From an uncultured Clostridia bacterium (GTDB lineage Bacteria > Bacillota > Clostridia > Christensenellales > UBA1242): 64,000 bases of DNA. The stretch is from positions 200,365 through 264,364 of the forward strand of contig CANBBP010000001.1 of NCBI GenBank assembly GCA_947366895.1. The letters run 5' to 3'. The position numbers and the translations under genes are program-made. Below the pieces are notes generated by a model. It had not been told where the DNA came from. It searched no databases and saw only the letters and a program-made list of their open reading frames with translations. Shown here one piece after another: positions 9,827 to 21,054 of the stretch; position 1 is the stretch's first letter; each line of letters begins with the position of its first letter.

Positions 9827-10090
9827 ATGGTAAGAATTTGGGCAAAAGTATTAAAAGAAGAAAAAATATTAAAAGATACTATCTATGAAGACACTTCAAA
9901 TTTTGATAGTGATAATTTCTTTAACTACATTGCAGACATTTGCCAAACCCTAGATATTGCTACTCCTGTAATACTATCTAAACATCTTTTGCATTATGTA
10001 GAATTTAATACAGCAATCTTTCTACCACAAGACTTTCCTGAAGATGTTGAATTTGATAAATTTATAATAGAAGAAGCTTCTAACTATTAA
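9827..10090 (+). CDS. hypothetical small acidic protein
   Basis: ORF track, 87 aa. AGGAG lies 8 nt upstream of the ATG. Possible TTGCAC-17-TAAACT promoter upstream. No family recognised. Confidence 0.6.
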   Translation: MVRIWAKVLKEEKILKDTIYEDTSNFDSDNFFNYIADICQTLDIATPVILSKHLLHYVEFNTAIFLPQDFPEDVEFDKFIIEEASNY

Positions 10091-10179
10091 TATCTTTTCT
10101 ATTCCTAATAATAATTTTTTGATAAATAATTAAATTATTAATTTAATTATTTTTTTATTTCTATATAATATATTTACAT

Positions 10180-11151
10180 TTATGCTTTTGTATTTAATAA
10201 ATAAAATAAATTTAATAGTTCATAATTATAATTATATTCACAGTGTAAGGCATCATCAATATTTATTTCAAAGATGTTATTTCCCTTTATACCTATTGCT
10301 TTATTAAAAATTCCCTTTGTAATAAGTTCTACTGCTCTTACTCCAAATTGCATAGCAAGAATTTTGTCATAAACTGAAGGAGCCCCTCCTCTTTGAACAT
10401 AACCCACTACTGAATATTTAAATTCAATATTTGTTTCTTGATTTAATCTTTCAGTTATATGTTTAACATCATAAAGTTTTTCTGCAATAACAATAACTGG
10501 TGGTCTTTTATTAATAGCTATACTTTCTTTAACCTTTGCAACAAATTCATCTTCACCAGTTGGTTTTTCTGGAACTATTAATATATCACAAGCAGTTGCA
10601 GCTGCTGTATAAAGAGCAATATCTCCACAATATCTGCCCATAACTTCTATAATAACTCCCCTATCAAGAGCACTCATTGTTTGTTTTATATTTTGAACAT
10701 AATTGCTTGCGTTATTAACTGCAGTATCAAACCCTAAACATTTATCGGTATATCTTAAATCATTATCAATAGTACCTGGTATTGCAATTACATTAACACC
10801 TTTGTTCATAAGTGCCTTAGCTCCTTTAAATGAGCCATCACCACCTATAACAATTAAAGCATCAATATTGTGATCTTGTAAATTTTTAGCACATTTTTCA
10901 ACAATTGCATTTTCCTTAAACTCAGGGAATCTAGCAGTTTTAAGAATTGTGCCACCTAATGAAGAAATGTTTTCTACATTTGCATTATTTAATTTTACAA
11001 AACTACTATCATATAACCCCTTATAGCCTTGTTTAACACCATAAACATTTAAACCTTTCATTGTGGCAATTCTTACAACAATATTCAAAGTTGTATTCAT
11101 TCCTTGACAATCACCACCACTTGTTAATATCGCAATATTTTTAACTTCCAT
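10180..11151 (-). CDS. pfkA: ATP-dependent 6-phosphofructokinase
   Basis: ILTSGGDCQGMN, VIGGDGSF, PGTIDNDL, MGRYCGDIAL and GYVQRGG motifs. 323 aa. Confidence 0.95.
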   Translation of the reverse strand: MEVKNIAILTSGGDCQGMNTTLNIVVRIATMKGLNVYGVKQGYKGLYDSSFVKLNNANVENISSLGGTILKTARFPEFKENAIVEKCAKNLQDHNIDALIVIGGDGSFKGAKALMNKGVNVIAIPGTIDNDLRYTDKCLGFDTAVNNASNYVQNIKQTMSALDRGVIIEVMGRYCGDIALYTAAATACDILIVPEKPTGEDEFVAKVKESIAINKRPPVIVIAEKLYDVKHITERLNQETNIEFKYSVVGYVQRGGAPSVYDKILAMQFGVRAVELITKGIFNKAIGIKGNNIFEINIDDALHCEYNYNYELLNLFYLLNTKA

Positions 11152-11244
11152 TAATTAGTTCTCCTTAAAAAGCATACTAAGTTTAAAATTATTAAATTCC
11201 AAATTTTTATATTTTTATCATACTAAACAAATTTAGTAAACTAT

Positions 11245-14200
11245 TTATAGATATCTTATATTATCTTCTTCTAAAACAGCATATAGTTCATTGAATAAAT
11301 AATTACTTCCATTTACCTTATAACTTAATTTAAACGTTTTATCTAGCCCAGTACATTTAATAATTATAGGACTATAACCTGGATAACTTTTTACAATAGA
11401 TAAGATATTTTGATGTAAGATACTATTTGTTGTGTCATATTTTAGATACAAAGTTTTAACTATATTTTCAGGCTTTTTTTCCTCAAATTTAATTTCTTCC
11501 GAATTTTCTGTTCCTAAATTATCTAAATATTCTGCAATTATTAAAATAGAATTATCATCTTTAATACTTGCCTTACCTCTAATTTTTATAAGATTATCTT
11601 CTTGTAATTTATCTTTATATTTTTCATAAACATTTGGCACAACCATAACATCAAAAGTACCATACAAATCTTCTACCTTTATTATTGCCATTTCCTTATT
11701 GCCAACTTTGGTAAAGATTTTTCTTATTTCTTCTATACAACCCCCACAATCAACTCTATCGCCATCTTTAACTTGATCAATGTTTTCTTCTTCAACATTT
11801 TCAAAACTTTCTTCATCTTCATTACTTTCCATTCTTTCTTTTGGCATTAAAGAAGAATTAAATGAAAATTTGTTAAACTCAACCATGTAATTATCCAATG
11901 GATGACCTGATAAATAAATGCCAAGAACTTGTTTTTCAAACTTTAGTTTAGCTTGTTTTGCATACTCTTTTATATCTGGCATTTTTGAATAATTCTTATC
12001 GGTTGTTGAAAAACTTGCATCATCAAATAAACTAAACTGACCGCTAGCCTTATTTTTTTGATCCTTAGAAACTGTTTCAACTACAGATTCATATACACTC
12101 ATCATTTGTGACCTTGTTGCATTAAAGCAATCAAAGGCTCCACTTAAAATCATGCTTTCAAGGCATCTTTTATTTATTGCCCCTCCTTGCATTCTTTCAA
12201 TAAAATCATATAAATCCTTAAAGTCACCAAATTCTGTTCTATTTGCAATTATTTCTTCTACTACCCCAATACCTACATTTTTAAGTGCTGCTAATCCAAA
12301 ACGAATTTTATTATTCTCTACACTAAAATAGGTTTCACTTTTATTAATATTAGGTGGTAAAACTTCTATATTTTGTTGTTTAGCATATATAGTATATTTT
12401 TTAATTTCATCAATATTTGTAATTCTATTATTTAAAACAGCAACTAAAAATTCAACAGGATAATAACACTTTACATATGCTGTTTGATAACTTAAATAAG
12501 CATACGCAGCAGCATGAGATTTGTTAAAAGCATATTTAGCAAAGTCTTCCATATCACCAAAAACTTTTCTAGCAACTTCTTCGGAAACTCCCCTTTTTAA
12601 TGCACCATCTATACTTTTAACACCTTTAGGGTCTTGCCAACCAAAAATAAACTTTTCTTTTTCGGCAGCCATTTTTTCTACTTTCTTTTTACCCATAATA
12701 CGGCGAACCATATCCGCCTGACCTAAAGTATAACCTGCCATAGCTTGAACAATCTGCATAACTTGCTCTTGATAAACTATAATACCATATGTTGCTTTTA
12801 GAATAGGCTCTAAGCAAGGATGGTCGTAAACGATTTTAGAAGGGTTATGTTTGTTATTAACATACTGGTCGATATATTTCATAGGGCCAGGTCTATAAAG
12901 TGAAATACCAGCAATAATATCTTCCAAATTGTCTGGTTTTAATTTCTTCATGAAACTTTTCATTCCACCACTTTCCAATTGGAAAATAGCATCTGTATTG
13001 CCAGATGAAATTAATTTAAATACATTAACATCGTTATATTCCATATTATAAAAGTCAATATCAATATTATGTATTTTCTTTATTAACTTCAAAGTTTTAT
13101 CAATATCAGTTAAAGTTCTAAGCCCTAAAAAGTCCATTTTAAGAAGTCCTAAATCTTCAAGTTCTACCATGGAATATTGCGTAGCAATTTCATCGCCATT
13201 TCTTGCAAGGGGAACATAATTATCAACTGGTTCAGGTGCTATTAAAATCCCGCAAGCATGAGTTGAAGTTTGCCTAGGCATACCCTCTAATTTAATACTT
13301 AAATCAAGTACTCTTCTTATTCTTTCATCTTCATCATAAAGTTTTCTTAAACTAGGAATAATAAACTTATCATTTTCTGGTTTTCCAGTTGTTCCAAAAT
13401 AATATTTTAAAACAGGTGGTTTTTTAATTCCATCAGGTAATTTGAAAGGAATGTCTTTACAAATCTTATTAACATCAGGTAATGGCAATCTTAAAACTCT
13501 GCCAACATCTCTAATGGCATTCTTTGCAGCCATAGTACCAAAAGTACCTATATAAGCTACATTATCTTTACCATATTTTTGTTTTGCATACTCAATAACT
13601 TCATTTCGCCTATCATAACAAAAGTCTACATCGAAGTCTGGCATAGAAACTCTTTCACGATGAATAAATCTTTCAAAAAGCAAATTATATTTAATTGGGT
13701 CAACTCTTGTAATTCCTGAGGTATATGCAACAATACTACCTGCTCCGCTACCTCTACCTGGGCCAACAGGAATACCATTTTGTCGAGCAAAATTTATATA
13801 ATCCCAAACAACAAGGAAATATTCAACAAAACCTTGTTCTTTAATAATAGAAAGTTCATAATCAGCCCTTTCTTGTATTTCTGGTGTAATAATAGGATAT
13901 CTATCCTTTAATCCATCATAACATAATTTCTTAAGGAATTGATAAGAACTCATTCCATCTGGCTCATATTTAGGAATAAAATTTTCATTATCTCTAAGAG
14001 AACAATTATCTGGGATATTAGGAACTTCTTTATGACTTTTAGCTTTTATGGTAACAAAACATTTGTCTGCTATTTCATTAGTAGTGTCAAGAGCTTCAGG
14101 ATAAGCACCCAAAAATTGTTCCATTTCTTCACGAGTTTTTACATAAAATTCATCAGTAGAAAATTTTAGTCTATTTGTATCATCTAAAAATTTACCCATT

Positions 14201-14865
14201 TGAATACACATTAAAATATCTTGCATTTCCGCATCTTCTTTATTAATGTAATGAGCATCGTTCGTTGCTACAGTTTTAACACCTAATTTACGAGCAAGTT
14301 CACATAGTGGTTCTAAAATTTCTATTTGTTCAGATAGTCCATGATTTTGTAACTCAATATAAAAATCACCCTCATCAAACATAGCTTTTAATTTTTTACC
14401 CATTTCATAGGCTTCATCATATCTTCTATTTAAAAGTAAAGAAGGAATATGTCCAGCTAAGCATGCACTTAAGCATATTAGACCTTTTGAATGTTTTGCT
14501 AATACATCATAATCTATTCTAGGTTTATAATAAAAGCCCTCTTTACAAGCAATGGCATTTAATTTTAATAAATTTAAATATCCTTCATTATTTTTTGCAA
14601 GTAATATTAAGTGAGCATTATCGGGTTTACCCTGTTTATAAAACCTATCATGTGCCACATAAAACTCACAACCTATAATAGGTTTAATACCATTTTTATA
14701 GCATTCAGCAAAAAAAACAAGAGCCCCAGCCATTGTCCCGTGGTCAGTCATAGCAACTGCTTTTCCCCCACACTCTTTGACTTTTTGAACAAGGTTTTTA
14801 ACCTTTGCTACTCCATCTAATAAACTATATTCAGTATGAACATGCAAATGCACAAAATTTTTCAT
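11245..14865 (-). CDS. dnaE: DNA polymerase III alpha subunit, DnaE type
   Basis: N-terminal PHP domain FVHLHVHTEYSLLDG. Palm/fingers motifs GPGRGSGAGS, DFDVDF, FNKSHAAAYA. 1206 aa, with an acidic insertion near the OB-fold region. Confidence 0.95.
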   Translation of the reverse strand: MKNFVHLHVHTEYSLLDGVAKVKNLVQKVKECGGKAVAMTDHGTMAGALVFFAECYKNGIKPIIGCEFYVAHDRFYKQGKPDNAHLILLAKNNEGYLNLLKLNAIACKEGFYYKPRIDYDVLAKHSKGLICLSACLAGHIPSLLLNRRYDEAYEMGKKLKAMFDEGDFYIELQNHGLSEQIEILEPLCELARKLGVKTVATNDAHYINKEDAEMQDILMCIQMGKFLDDTNRLKFSTDEFYVKTREEMEQFLGAYPEALDTTNEIADKCFVTIKAKSHKEVPNIPDNCSLRDNENFIPKYEPDGMSSYQFLKKLCYDGLKDRYPIITPEIQERADYELSIIKEQGFVEYFLVVWDYINFARQNGIPVGPGRGSGAGSIVAYTSGITRVDPIKYNLLFERFIHRERVSMPDFDVDFCYDRRNEVIEYAKQKYGKDNVAYIGTFGTMAAKNAIRDVGRVLRLPLPDVNKICKDIPFKLPDGIKKPPVLKYYFGTTGKPENDKFIIPSLRKLYDEDERIRRVLDLSIKLEGMPRQTSTHACGILIAPEPVDNYVPLARNGDEIATQYSMVELEDLGLLKMDFLGLRTLTDIDKTLKLIKKIHNIDIDFYNMEYNDVNVFKLISSGNTDAIFQLESGGMKSFMKKLKPDNLEDIIAGISLYRPGPMKYIDQYVNNKHNPSKIVYDHPCLEPILKATYGIIVYQEQVMQIVQAMAGYTLGQADMVRRIMGKKKVEKMAAEKEKFIFGWQDPKGVKSIDGALKRGVSEEVARKVFGDMEDFAKYAFNKSHAAAYAYLSYQTAYVKCYYPVEFLVAVLNNRITNIDEIKKYTIYAKQQNIEVLPPNINKSETYFSVENNKIRFGLAALKNVGIGVVEEIIANRTEFGDFKDLYDFIERMQGGAINKRCLESMILSGAFDCFNATRSQMMSVYESVVETVSKDQKNKASGQFSLFDDASFSTTDKNYSKMPDIKEYAKQAKLKFEKQVLGIYLSGHPLDNYMVEFNKFSFNSSLMPKERMESNEDEESFENVEEENIDQVKDGDRVDCGGCIEEIRKIFTKVGNKEMAIIKVEDLYGTFDVMVVPNVYEKYKDKLQEDNLIKIRGKASIKDDNSILIIAEYLDNLGTENSEEIKFEEKKPENIVKTLYLKYDTTNSILHQNILSIVKSYPGYSPIIIKCTGLDKTFKLSYKVNGSNYLFNELYAVLEEDNIRYL

Positions 14866-14913
14866 AAGTTAATCCTATTAATGCGACTTTTTATTTTTTT
14901 AACTAAAAATAAT

Positions 14914-15933
14914 TTATTCATTATTTTCAGTTTCATTTTCCTTTTCATTATTAGCAAGTTCTTCTTTTACTAATCTTTCTGAAATTTTAATTAATCTTCT
15001 GAACTGATGACTAATACCACTCTTAGTTATAGAGGTTGATAATAATTTTGTCAAGTTGTCTAATGATTCTTCTGGATTGGCAAGACGAACAAGACATAAT
15101 TCTCGTAAATTCTTAGGCAACTTTTCAAAGCCCATTAATCTATCAATATTATTAATAGCATTTATTTGATTTATACTAGCATTTACGGTTTTAGTGATAT
15201 TAGCATTTAAACAGTTTGTTTGTCTATTTATATTATTTCTAACATCTCTTAATGCCATTTCATTTTGTAGTTTTAATAAACCTTTAAAAGCCCCTACAAT
15301 AGCAAAAAGGTCGCTAACTATTTCAGCTTCTTTTATATATAAAACAAATAAATTTTTTCGTCTGCTTTTTTTATTTGCAATACCTTGTGAAAATAATAAA
15401 TTAGAAAAATCATCAGCAAAAGCTTCACTTACAAAAACAAATTCCCAATGATAACCACTAAAAGAACGATTTGAAATTTTTTCGCCATTTAGAACAATGT
15501 TAGAAGTTGATGTTGTAGCAAAAACACCTCTTATATAATTTTTTGCACAACATTCGTTTTCAATAATATGTTCATCAATGCCTTGTATAATGGTAAATTC
15601 GTTATTCAAACTTAATTTTGCTATGCCACAATCAAACAATATTTGATTAGTGCAAGACTTAGGCAAACTAATAATATATCTAACTGCCTTATTTATATTA
15701 GTGTCATCATCAAGTCTAACTTCAGCATATTCACCATATAGAGTTTTTAAACAATCATTTACTATATCATAAACCTTATCTATATCTGTTTTAAGTTCCA
15801 AAAAGAACTCTTTACCACTCTTAGTTAATTCTCCGCATGAGTGAATTACAGCCGATAAAAAAGCAAGTTTGCAACATTCATTTTGAATATTGTTTTCTAA
15901 GACTTCTAGTTTTACATCATGTGCAAAAGACAT
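14914..15933 (-). CDS. whiA: DNA-binding sporulation/cell-division regulator WhiA
   Basis: MSFAHDVKLEV start, degenerate LAGLIDADG-like core, and a C-terminal HTH (LANPEESLDNLTKLL...SGISHQFRRL). 339 aa. Confidence 0.88.
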   Translation of the reverse strand: MSFAHDVKLEVLENNIQNECCKLAFLSAVIHSCGELTKSGKEFFLELKTDIDKVYDIVNDCLKTLYGEYAEVRLDDDTNINKAVRYIISLPKSCTNQILFDCGIAKLSLNNEFTIIQGIDEHIIENECCAKNYIRGVFATTSTSNIVLNGEKISNRSFSGYHWEFVFVSEAFADDFSNLLFSQGIANKKSRRKNLFVLYIKEAEIVSDLFAIVGAFKGLLKLQNEMALRDVRNNINRQTNCLNANITKTVNASINQINAINNIDRLMGFEKLPKNLRELCLVRLANPEESLDNLTKLLSTSITKSGISHQFRRLIKISERLVKEELANNEKENETENNE

Positions 15934-15994
15934 ATTTTATTTATATTACTCCTTTGTAAATTTATAATGGTATATATTTAAATATATAAAATAT

Positions 15995-16786
15995 TTACTT
16001 ATTATTAATTTTTCTTTTTAAATTTAAAAATTCAGGAAATTTATTTAAGTTTACAATTCTTTCTTCTGGAATGTTATATTTTTCAATTAAACTTTCCATT
16101 CGTTTAAACTTTCCAACTTTTTCAGGTCTATGAGCATCACTATCTACTAAAAACATACCACCTACATTAAGAATGTCTCTAACCTCTTTTTCTGTAAATG
16201 TACAATGTTTCTCATTTAATTCAATTAAGGTTCCTTTCTCAACTGCTTTTTTTGCTACTTCCAAAACATCACATTTCATTTTATTATTTAAATGAGTAAT
16301 AACATCTATAGAATTTTTCTCTATAGCATTTATAATCATTTGAGTATTTCTTTCTTTTAATTTTTTGCTTGTCCCAAAATAGTTGGCAAAAAAATTAGGA
16401 ACAAATATTTTAAACTTGTCCGATAATCTTTTAGGTTTTGCAAGTTTATGATATCCACATAAAACGATATCAAGATATTCCATATCTTTAGGAATAACAT
16501 CAATAGTCCCATCTTGTGATAGAAAGTTTGCCTCAACTCCTAAATAAACTTTTACATCATATTTTTGAGATAGTCTTAAAATTTCTTGTTTTGTAGAAAG
16601 CATTTTTTTTCTACTACAAGAAAAATATTTATGATTAAAACCATGGTCAGTTATAGCAAGTTCTTTCAACCCCATTTGTTTTGCAGCCTTAATATTATCT
16701 TCTAAAGTTCCTTTCGCATGATTAAATGGTAAAAAAGGTTTTCTAGAAAATATTGTATGAGTATGATAGTCACCAAAAAAATTCAT
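15995..16786 (-). CDS. PHP-domain phosphoesterase (histidinol-phosphatase family)
   Basis: GDYHTHT, ITDHG and DSDAH metal-ligand motifs. The ORF track starts at GTG 16795. I prefer ATG 16786, which is preceded by AAGGTGAT. Confidence 0.8.
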   Translation of the reverse strand: MNFFGDYHTHTIFSRKPFLPFNHAKGTLEDNIKAAKQMGLKELAITDHGFNHKYFSCSRKKMLSTKQEILRLSQKYDVKVYLGVEANFLSQDGTIDVIPKDMEYLDIVLCGYHKLAKPKRLSDKFKIFVPNFFANYFGTSKKLKERNTQMIINAIEKNSIDVITHLNNKMKCDVLEVAKKAVEKGTLIELNEKHCTFTEKEVRDILNVGGMFLVDSDAHRPEKVGKFKRMESLIEKYNIPEERIVNLNKFPEFLNLKRKINNK

Positions 16787-16791
16787 TATTA

Positions 16792-17709
16792 TCACCTTAA
16801 TATAATTATTTCTTCTTCTAGTATTATATCAAACTTTTTTGAAACTGTCTTTTTAATTTTAGTAATTATTTTAAAAACTTGATTAAATGTTGCTTGATTA
16901 TTTATATTAACAATAAAACCACAATGTTTTGTTGATATTTGTGCCCCTCCACACTTAAAACCCTTTAGACTGCATCTTTCTATTAAAACGGGGGCAAACT
17001 CATTCTTAGGCCTTTTAAACACGCTACCAGCACTTGGCAAATTATAAGGTTGCGTTTCTTGTCGCTTTTTAAAGTTTTGTAAACATAGTTTTTTTACCTG
17101 TTCTCCATCCCCTTTTTTTAAAGATATAATAACTTTTAAAATAACAAAATTATTGTTAGAAAAAAAACTTTTTCGATAAGAAAATTTAAGTCCTTTATTT
17201 GTTTTTTTGTATATTTTATTTCCATCCGTATAATAAACACATTCGGTCACAAAACTCATTTCCCCACCAAAAGAGCCAGCATTCATTTTTACTGCCCCGC
17301 CTAAACTTCCAGGGATACCAAAACTCCACTCCAGTCCAGTTAAGTTATTTTTAATTGCTATTTGATTAAGTTTAAATAAGCCAACACCAGCACCACAAAT
17401 TATTTTATTTCCTCTTACAGTTATAGAATTTAACATTATTTTTAATACTAAAAAATTACATGGTTTATCACTAACAAGTAAGTTACTTCCCTTGCCTAAG
17501 ATAAAATATTCAATATCATAATCCTTAATTAAATTTAACACTTTAAGTAAAATATCAATTTGCGTAATTTCAATTAATGCTTTTATTTTTCCACCTATTT
17601 TAAAGGTTGTTAAATCTTTAAAAGTGTAGTTTGTTTTTACTTGTATTTCAGGATATTTCTTATTTAGTATTTTTACAAAATTTGCTAATGTTACCTTTTG
17701 TTTATTCAT
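16792..17709 (-). CDS. murB: UDP-N-acetylenolpyruvoylglucosamine reductase
   Basis: TFKIGG, GKGSNLLV, GIPGSLGGAVKMNAGSFGGE, YRKSFF, PSAGSVFKRP and GGAQISTKHCGFIVN motifs. TGA stop. Confidence 0.93.
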   Translation of the reverse strand: MNKQKVTLANFVKILNKKYPEIQVKTNYTFKDLTTFKIGGKIKALIEITQIDILLKVLNLIKDYDIEYFILGKGSNLLVSDKPCNFLVLKIMLNSITVRGNKIICGAGVGLFKLNQIAIKNNLTGLEWSFGIPGSLGGAVKMNAGSFGGEMSFVTECVYYTDGNKIYKKTNKGLKFSYRKSFFSNNNFVILKVIISLKKGDGEQVKKLCLQNFKKRQETQPYNLPSAGSVFKRPKNEFAPVLIERCSLKGFKCGGAQISTKHCGFIVNINNQATFNQVFKIITKIKKTVSKKFDIILEEEIIILR

Positions 17710-17772
17710 ACTTTTATATATGAGTTTATGTAAAATTAAGTTAATGAATTTTACTATTATTTTTAATCTTAG

Positions 17773-18915
17773 TTAGTTAAATAAACTATTAAAACTTTTA
17801 TTTTTTTCTCTTTCAATTTGTTCTAAATTACTAAAAACATTGATGCTTGATAAGTTTCCACTTAAAGCATTTTCAAAATCACTCATATAATCACTTTCAT
17901 AAATTTTATTATTCGTAGTAGAAAATAACCCATAATTTTTTAATGCATTTTGACAAACATTTGAGGTTAAATAAGATGCAAAATCTTTAGCATATTTTTC
18001 TTTTATTCCATCTAAATTTTTTGATACACCTACATATTGTATTAAATCGCTATAATTAGAAAAATAATTATAATTGCATTCGCCAATTGAACCATTTAAT
18101 TCTCTATTTTTAATTCTTGCTACATCTCTAGCAGTACCTAAAAGAGAGATAAATTTGTTTGATAAAAAATTTGTATAAGCATTGTAAGTAGATGAACATT
18201 CAAAATAGTTATTTAAACTTTGATTGGAAATTGAATTTTCAATAAGAACTTTACTAGGATTAATACTACTTGTAGAAGAAAAACCTACACCTTTAACTTC
18301 TTTTTTGTTTATCGTTTTTGACTGAATCAAATTAATAATTTGGCTATTATCACTTACCATATTAGCATGACTTATTAAAGCATAACCTGATAAAATATAT
18401 GGATAAGCATATATCTTATTAATTAACTTTGAATACTCTTGTAAATCTTTACGAACTTCATTATTTTTAGGTAACTCATTTAATTCATTTGTTAACATAT
18501 ATCCCGAACCTATTCCAAAGGAATAAACATCAGCAAAATTATTGGATTGCAAGTTTAAATATAGTTGTTCTTCAGTTAAACTTTTAACCGAAACAAAACA
18601 ATTATTATTTTGTTTATTAAATTTGATAGCTTGATTTTCCAAATACATTTTCCTACTATTGGTGCCACCTTCAAAGGTTTCAATGTGCCACAATTCCAAA
18701 ACTATCTTTTCTTTATTTGTTAAATTCATATATTCATCTAAAGAAATTTGATAATTTGATTTGTTAAAAATAAAACCTGGTGCAAAAATCAAAAATAAAA
18801 TACTAGCAACACATAAAGTTGCTTTAAATACTTTTTTATTAAATATTTTTTCATTTAATTTAATTAAGAAATTTTTAAATTTTAATGAAAGACTATTATT
18901 ATGAAAATTTCTCAT
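17773..18915 (-). CDS. hypothetical membrane-anchored extracytoplasmic protein
   Basis: ORF track, 380 aa. One N-terminal TM helix (ATLCVASILFLIFAPGFIF), then a soluble domain. Faint resemblance to solute-binding folds only. No family recognised. Confidence 0.6.
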   Translation of the reverse strand: MRNFHNNSLSLKFKNFLIKLNEKIFNKKVFKATLCVASILFLIFAPGFIFNKSNYQISLDEYMNLTNKEKIVLELWHIETFEGGTNSRKMYLENQAIKFNKQNNNCFVSVKSLTEEQLYLNLQSNNFADVYSFGIGSGYMLTNELNELPKNNEVRKDLQEYSKLINKIYAYPYILSGYALISHANMVSDNSQIINLIQSKTINKKEVKGVGFSSTSSINPSKVLIENSISNQSLNNYFECSSTYNAYTNFLSNKFISLLGTARDVARIKNRELNGSIGECNYNYFSNYSDLIQYVGVSKNLDGIKEKYAKDFASYLTSNVCQNALKNYGLFSTTNNKIYESDYMSDFENALSGNLSSINVFSNLEQIEREKNKSFNSLFN

Positions 18916-19037
18916 AATTATTTATATGACAGTATAACTATTATTTAGGACAACTTTATTTGTCTAAATATAAAAAAATCATTTTTATTTTTTTATTAAA
19001 TTTTTAAAACCTTATTTAATTTAATAATGTTTAAATA

Positions 19038-19070
19038 AAAATATGACTAGAATAAATCCAGTCATATTTT
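19038..19070 (-). terminator. terminator after uvrC
   Basis: Stem AAAATATGACT/AGTCATATTTT with an 11-nt loop. T-rich tail on the minus strand. Confidence 0.55.
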
Positions 19071-19093
19071 TTATTAGTGTTTTTAAAATCTAT

Positions 19094-20911
19094 TTATTCA
19101 ATTTCTTCTAGTTTTTTCATAATATCACTTGCTAGTTTAGGAGTTATACCACTTACCTGCATAAGTTCTTCAGCACTTGCCTTTTTCATTCGTTTTACAC
19201 TCTTAAATTTTGAAATTAAATTTTCTCTTTTAACCTTACCTAGTCCTTCTATTTCATCAAGTATACTTTTAACTTGCTTTTTCTTTCTTAATTTTCTATG
19301 AAAAGTTATAGCAAATCTATGTGCTTCATCTCTTACTTTTTGTAATAATTTTAGTTCATCATCATCTTTTGATAATTTTATAGATAATGGACTTTCCTCA
19401 ACAAAAATCTCTTCTTGTTTTTTTGCTAAACTTATAACATCTATATTTTGATTATAGCTTTTAATGATATCACGACAAGTATTTATTTGCCCCTTTCCAC
19501 CATCTATTAATATAACATCTGGCACAGAAGAAAAACTTATATCATCACTATTGATTTTTTCAAGTCTACGAATAATACTTTCTTTTAAGCTCTCAAAATC
19601 ATTAGGACCTACAACTTCTTTAATCTTAAATTTACGATAATGCTTTGATGCCTTAGCACCATTTATAAAAACAACCATACTGCAAACACTGCTTGTTCCA
19701 GAAATATTAGAAATATCATATCCTTCAATTCTAAGAGGTAAATTCTTAAGCCCTAATTTTTGTTGTATTCCTAATAAAACATCTAATTTTTTAGATTTCT
19801 TTTTCATCTCAAATTCACAATTTTTAGTTAAATATTCATTAGCATTTGCATTAGCTTGGTCAATTAATTTTTTATTAAGGGCTTTATTAGGTATTAAAAC
19901 CTCTAATTTCTTGCCAAGTTGATTGGAAAGGGATTTAAATAAAGCATCTTCTAAATCCACTTCAAAAGGTAAAAATATCTTTTCAGGAAGCATAATATTT
20001 TGTGCATAGTACTGTGTCATAAAAGAAATTAACATTTGTTCATCATCAATTAAAACATTATCAAAACTATAATTTTTAGCCCCCATCATTTTGCCTTGTC
20101 TAATAATTAGAACTGAAAACACTACAAAATTATCACTTTTTGCAAAACCAAAAACATCAATATTTGCAGTGTTTGGTAATGCTGCGATTGTTTTTTCCCT
20201 TAATTTCAAAAGCATAAATCTTAAGTCTCTTAATTTTATCGCTAATTCAAAATTTTCTATTGATACCGCTTGTTCCATTTTTTTAGAGATTATTTCATAT
20301 ACCGCACTATCTTTACCATTAAGGAACTCATAAACCTTTGGTAATAAACTAGCATAATCTTCTTTAGTAACTTTACACATACAAGGTGCTGAACATAATC
20401 CTAATGAATAATTTAAACAACCTTTTGACATTTTATTATTTGCCTTAATTTTCTTATCACAAGTTCTTATAGGATATGCATAATTTACTGCATTAACTAT
20501 TTCATATGCATTAGTACCAAAAAAATAAGGTCCAAAATATTTTGCTCCATCTTTTTTTACTTTTCTAACAATTTCTAGTTTTGGAAAATCCTCTTTAACA
20601 TTGATTTTAATATAAGGATAGGCTTTTCCATCTTTTAATAAAATATTATAAAAAGGTTGGTGTTTTTTTATTAAATTACTTTCCAAAACTAAAGCATCTA
20701 ATTCAGAGTTAGTTAAAATATAGTCAAAATCAGCAACTTGAGAAACCATACTTTTAACTTTATCAGGATGATTTTTATTTAAAAAATATTGACTTACCCT
20801 ATTTTTTAGTTTTCTTGCCTTGCCTATATAAATAATGTTACCAAAACGGTCTTTCATTATATATACACCTGGTGTAAGTGGTAAAGTTGTTAACTTTTCT
20901 TTAATATCCAT
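19094..20911 (-). CDS. uvrC: excinuclease ABC subunit C
   Basis: GIY-YIG N-terminus (PGVYIMKDRFGNIIYIGKARKLKNRVSQYF), a Cys cluster, the RNase H-like endonuclease region, and C-terminal (HhH)2. 605 aa. Confidence 0.95.
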   Translation of the reverse strand: MDIKEKLTTLPLTPGVYIMKDRFGNIIYIGKARKLKNRVSQYFLNKNHPDKVKSMVSQVADFDYILTNSELDALVLESNLIKKHQPFYNILLKDGKAYPYIKINVKEDFPKLEIVRKVKKDGAKYFGPYFFGTNAYEIVNAVNYAYPIRTCDKKIKANNKMSKGCLNYSLGLCSAPCMCKVTKEDYASLLPKVYEFLNGKDSAVYEIISKKMEQAVSIENFELAIKLRDLRFMLLKLREKTIAALPNTANIDVFGFAKSDNFVVFSVLIIRQGKMMGAKNYSFDNVLIDDEQMLISFMTQYYAQNIMLPEKIFLPFEVDLEDALFKSLSNQLGKKLEVLIPNKALNKKLIDQANANANEYLTKNCEFEMKKKSKKLDVLLGIQQKLGLKNLPLRIEGYDISNISGTSSVCSMVVFINGAKASKHYRKFKIKEVVGPNDFESLKESIIRRLEKINSDDISFSSVPDVILIDGGKGQINTCRDIIKSYNQNIDVISLAKKQEEIFVEESPLSIKLSKDDDELKLLQKVRDEAHRFAITFHRKLRKKKQVKSILDEIEGLGKVKRENLISKFKSVKRMKKASAEELMQVSGITPKLASDIMKKLEEIE

Positions 20912-20986
20912 TAAATTTTACCTTTTAATATATATATTATAGTTAATAAATATTATAATTCTTTTATAATTTTATTTAACTATAGC

Positions 20987-21028
20987 AAAAAAGTGATAAA
21001 TCTATATTATAAATTTACCACTTTTTTT
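20987..21028 (-). terminator. terminator after the ArsR-family gene
   Basis: 11-bp stem AAGTGATAAAT/ATTTACCACTT with one mismatch, flanked by A4 and T7 runs. Confidence 0.55.
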
Positions 21029-21054
21029 AATTTTAATCAAACATATAAATAACA

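Noticed and set aside
10126-10150. An all-A/T 10-bp palindrome (ATAATTAAAT-TATTA-ATTTAATTAT followed by T7) as a terminator between the 87-aa ORF and pfkA.
   Set aside because: The stem has no G-C pairs, so its stability is doubtful. Similar A/T palindromes are expected by chance in this composition, so I did not list it as a feature.
16787-16795. A GTG start for the PHP phosphoesterase that overlaps the murB stop.
   Set aside because: It is possible, but the sequence AAGGTGAT containing that GTG looks like the SD for ATG 16786. I therefore report the shorter CDS.
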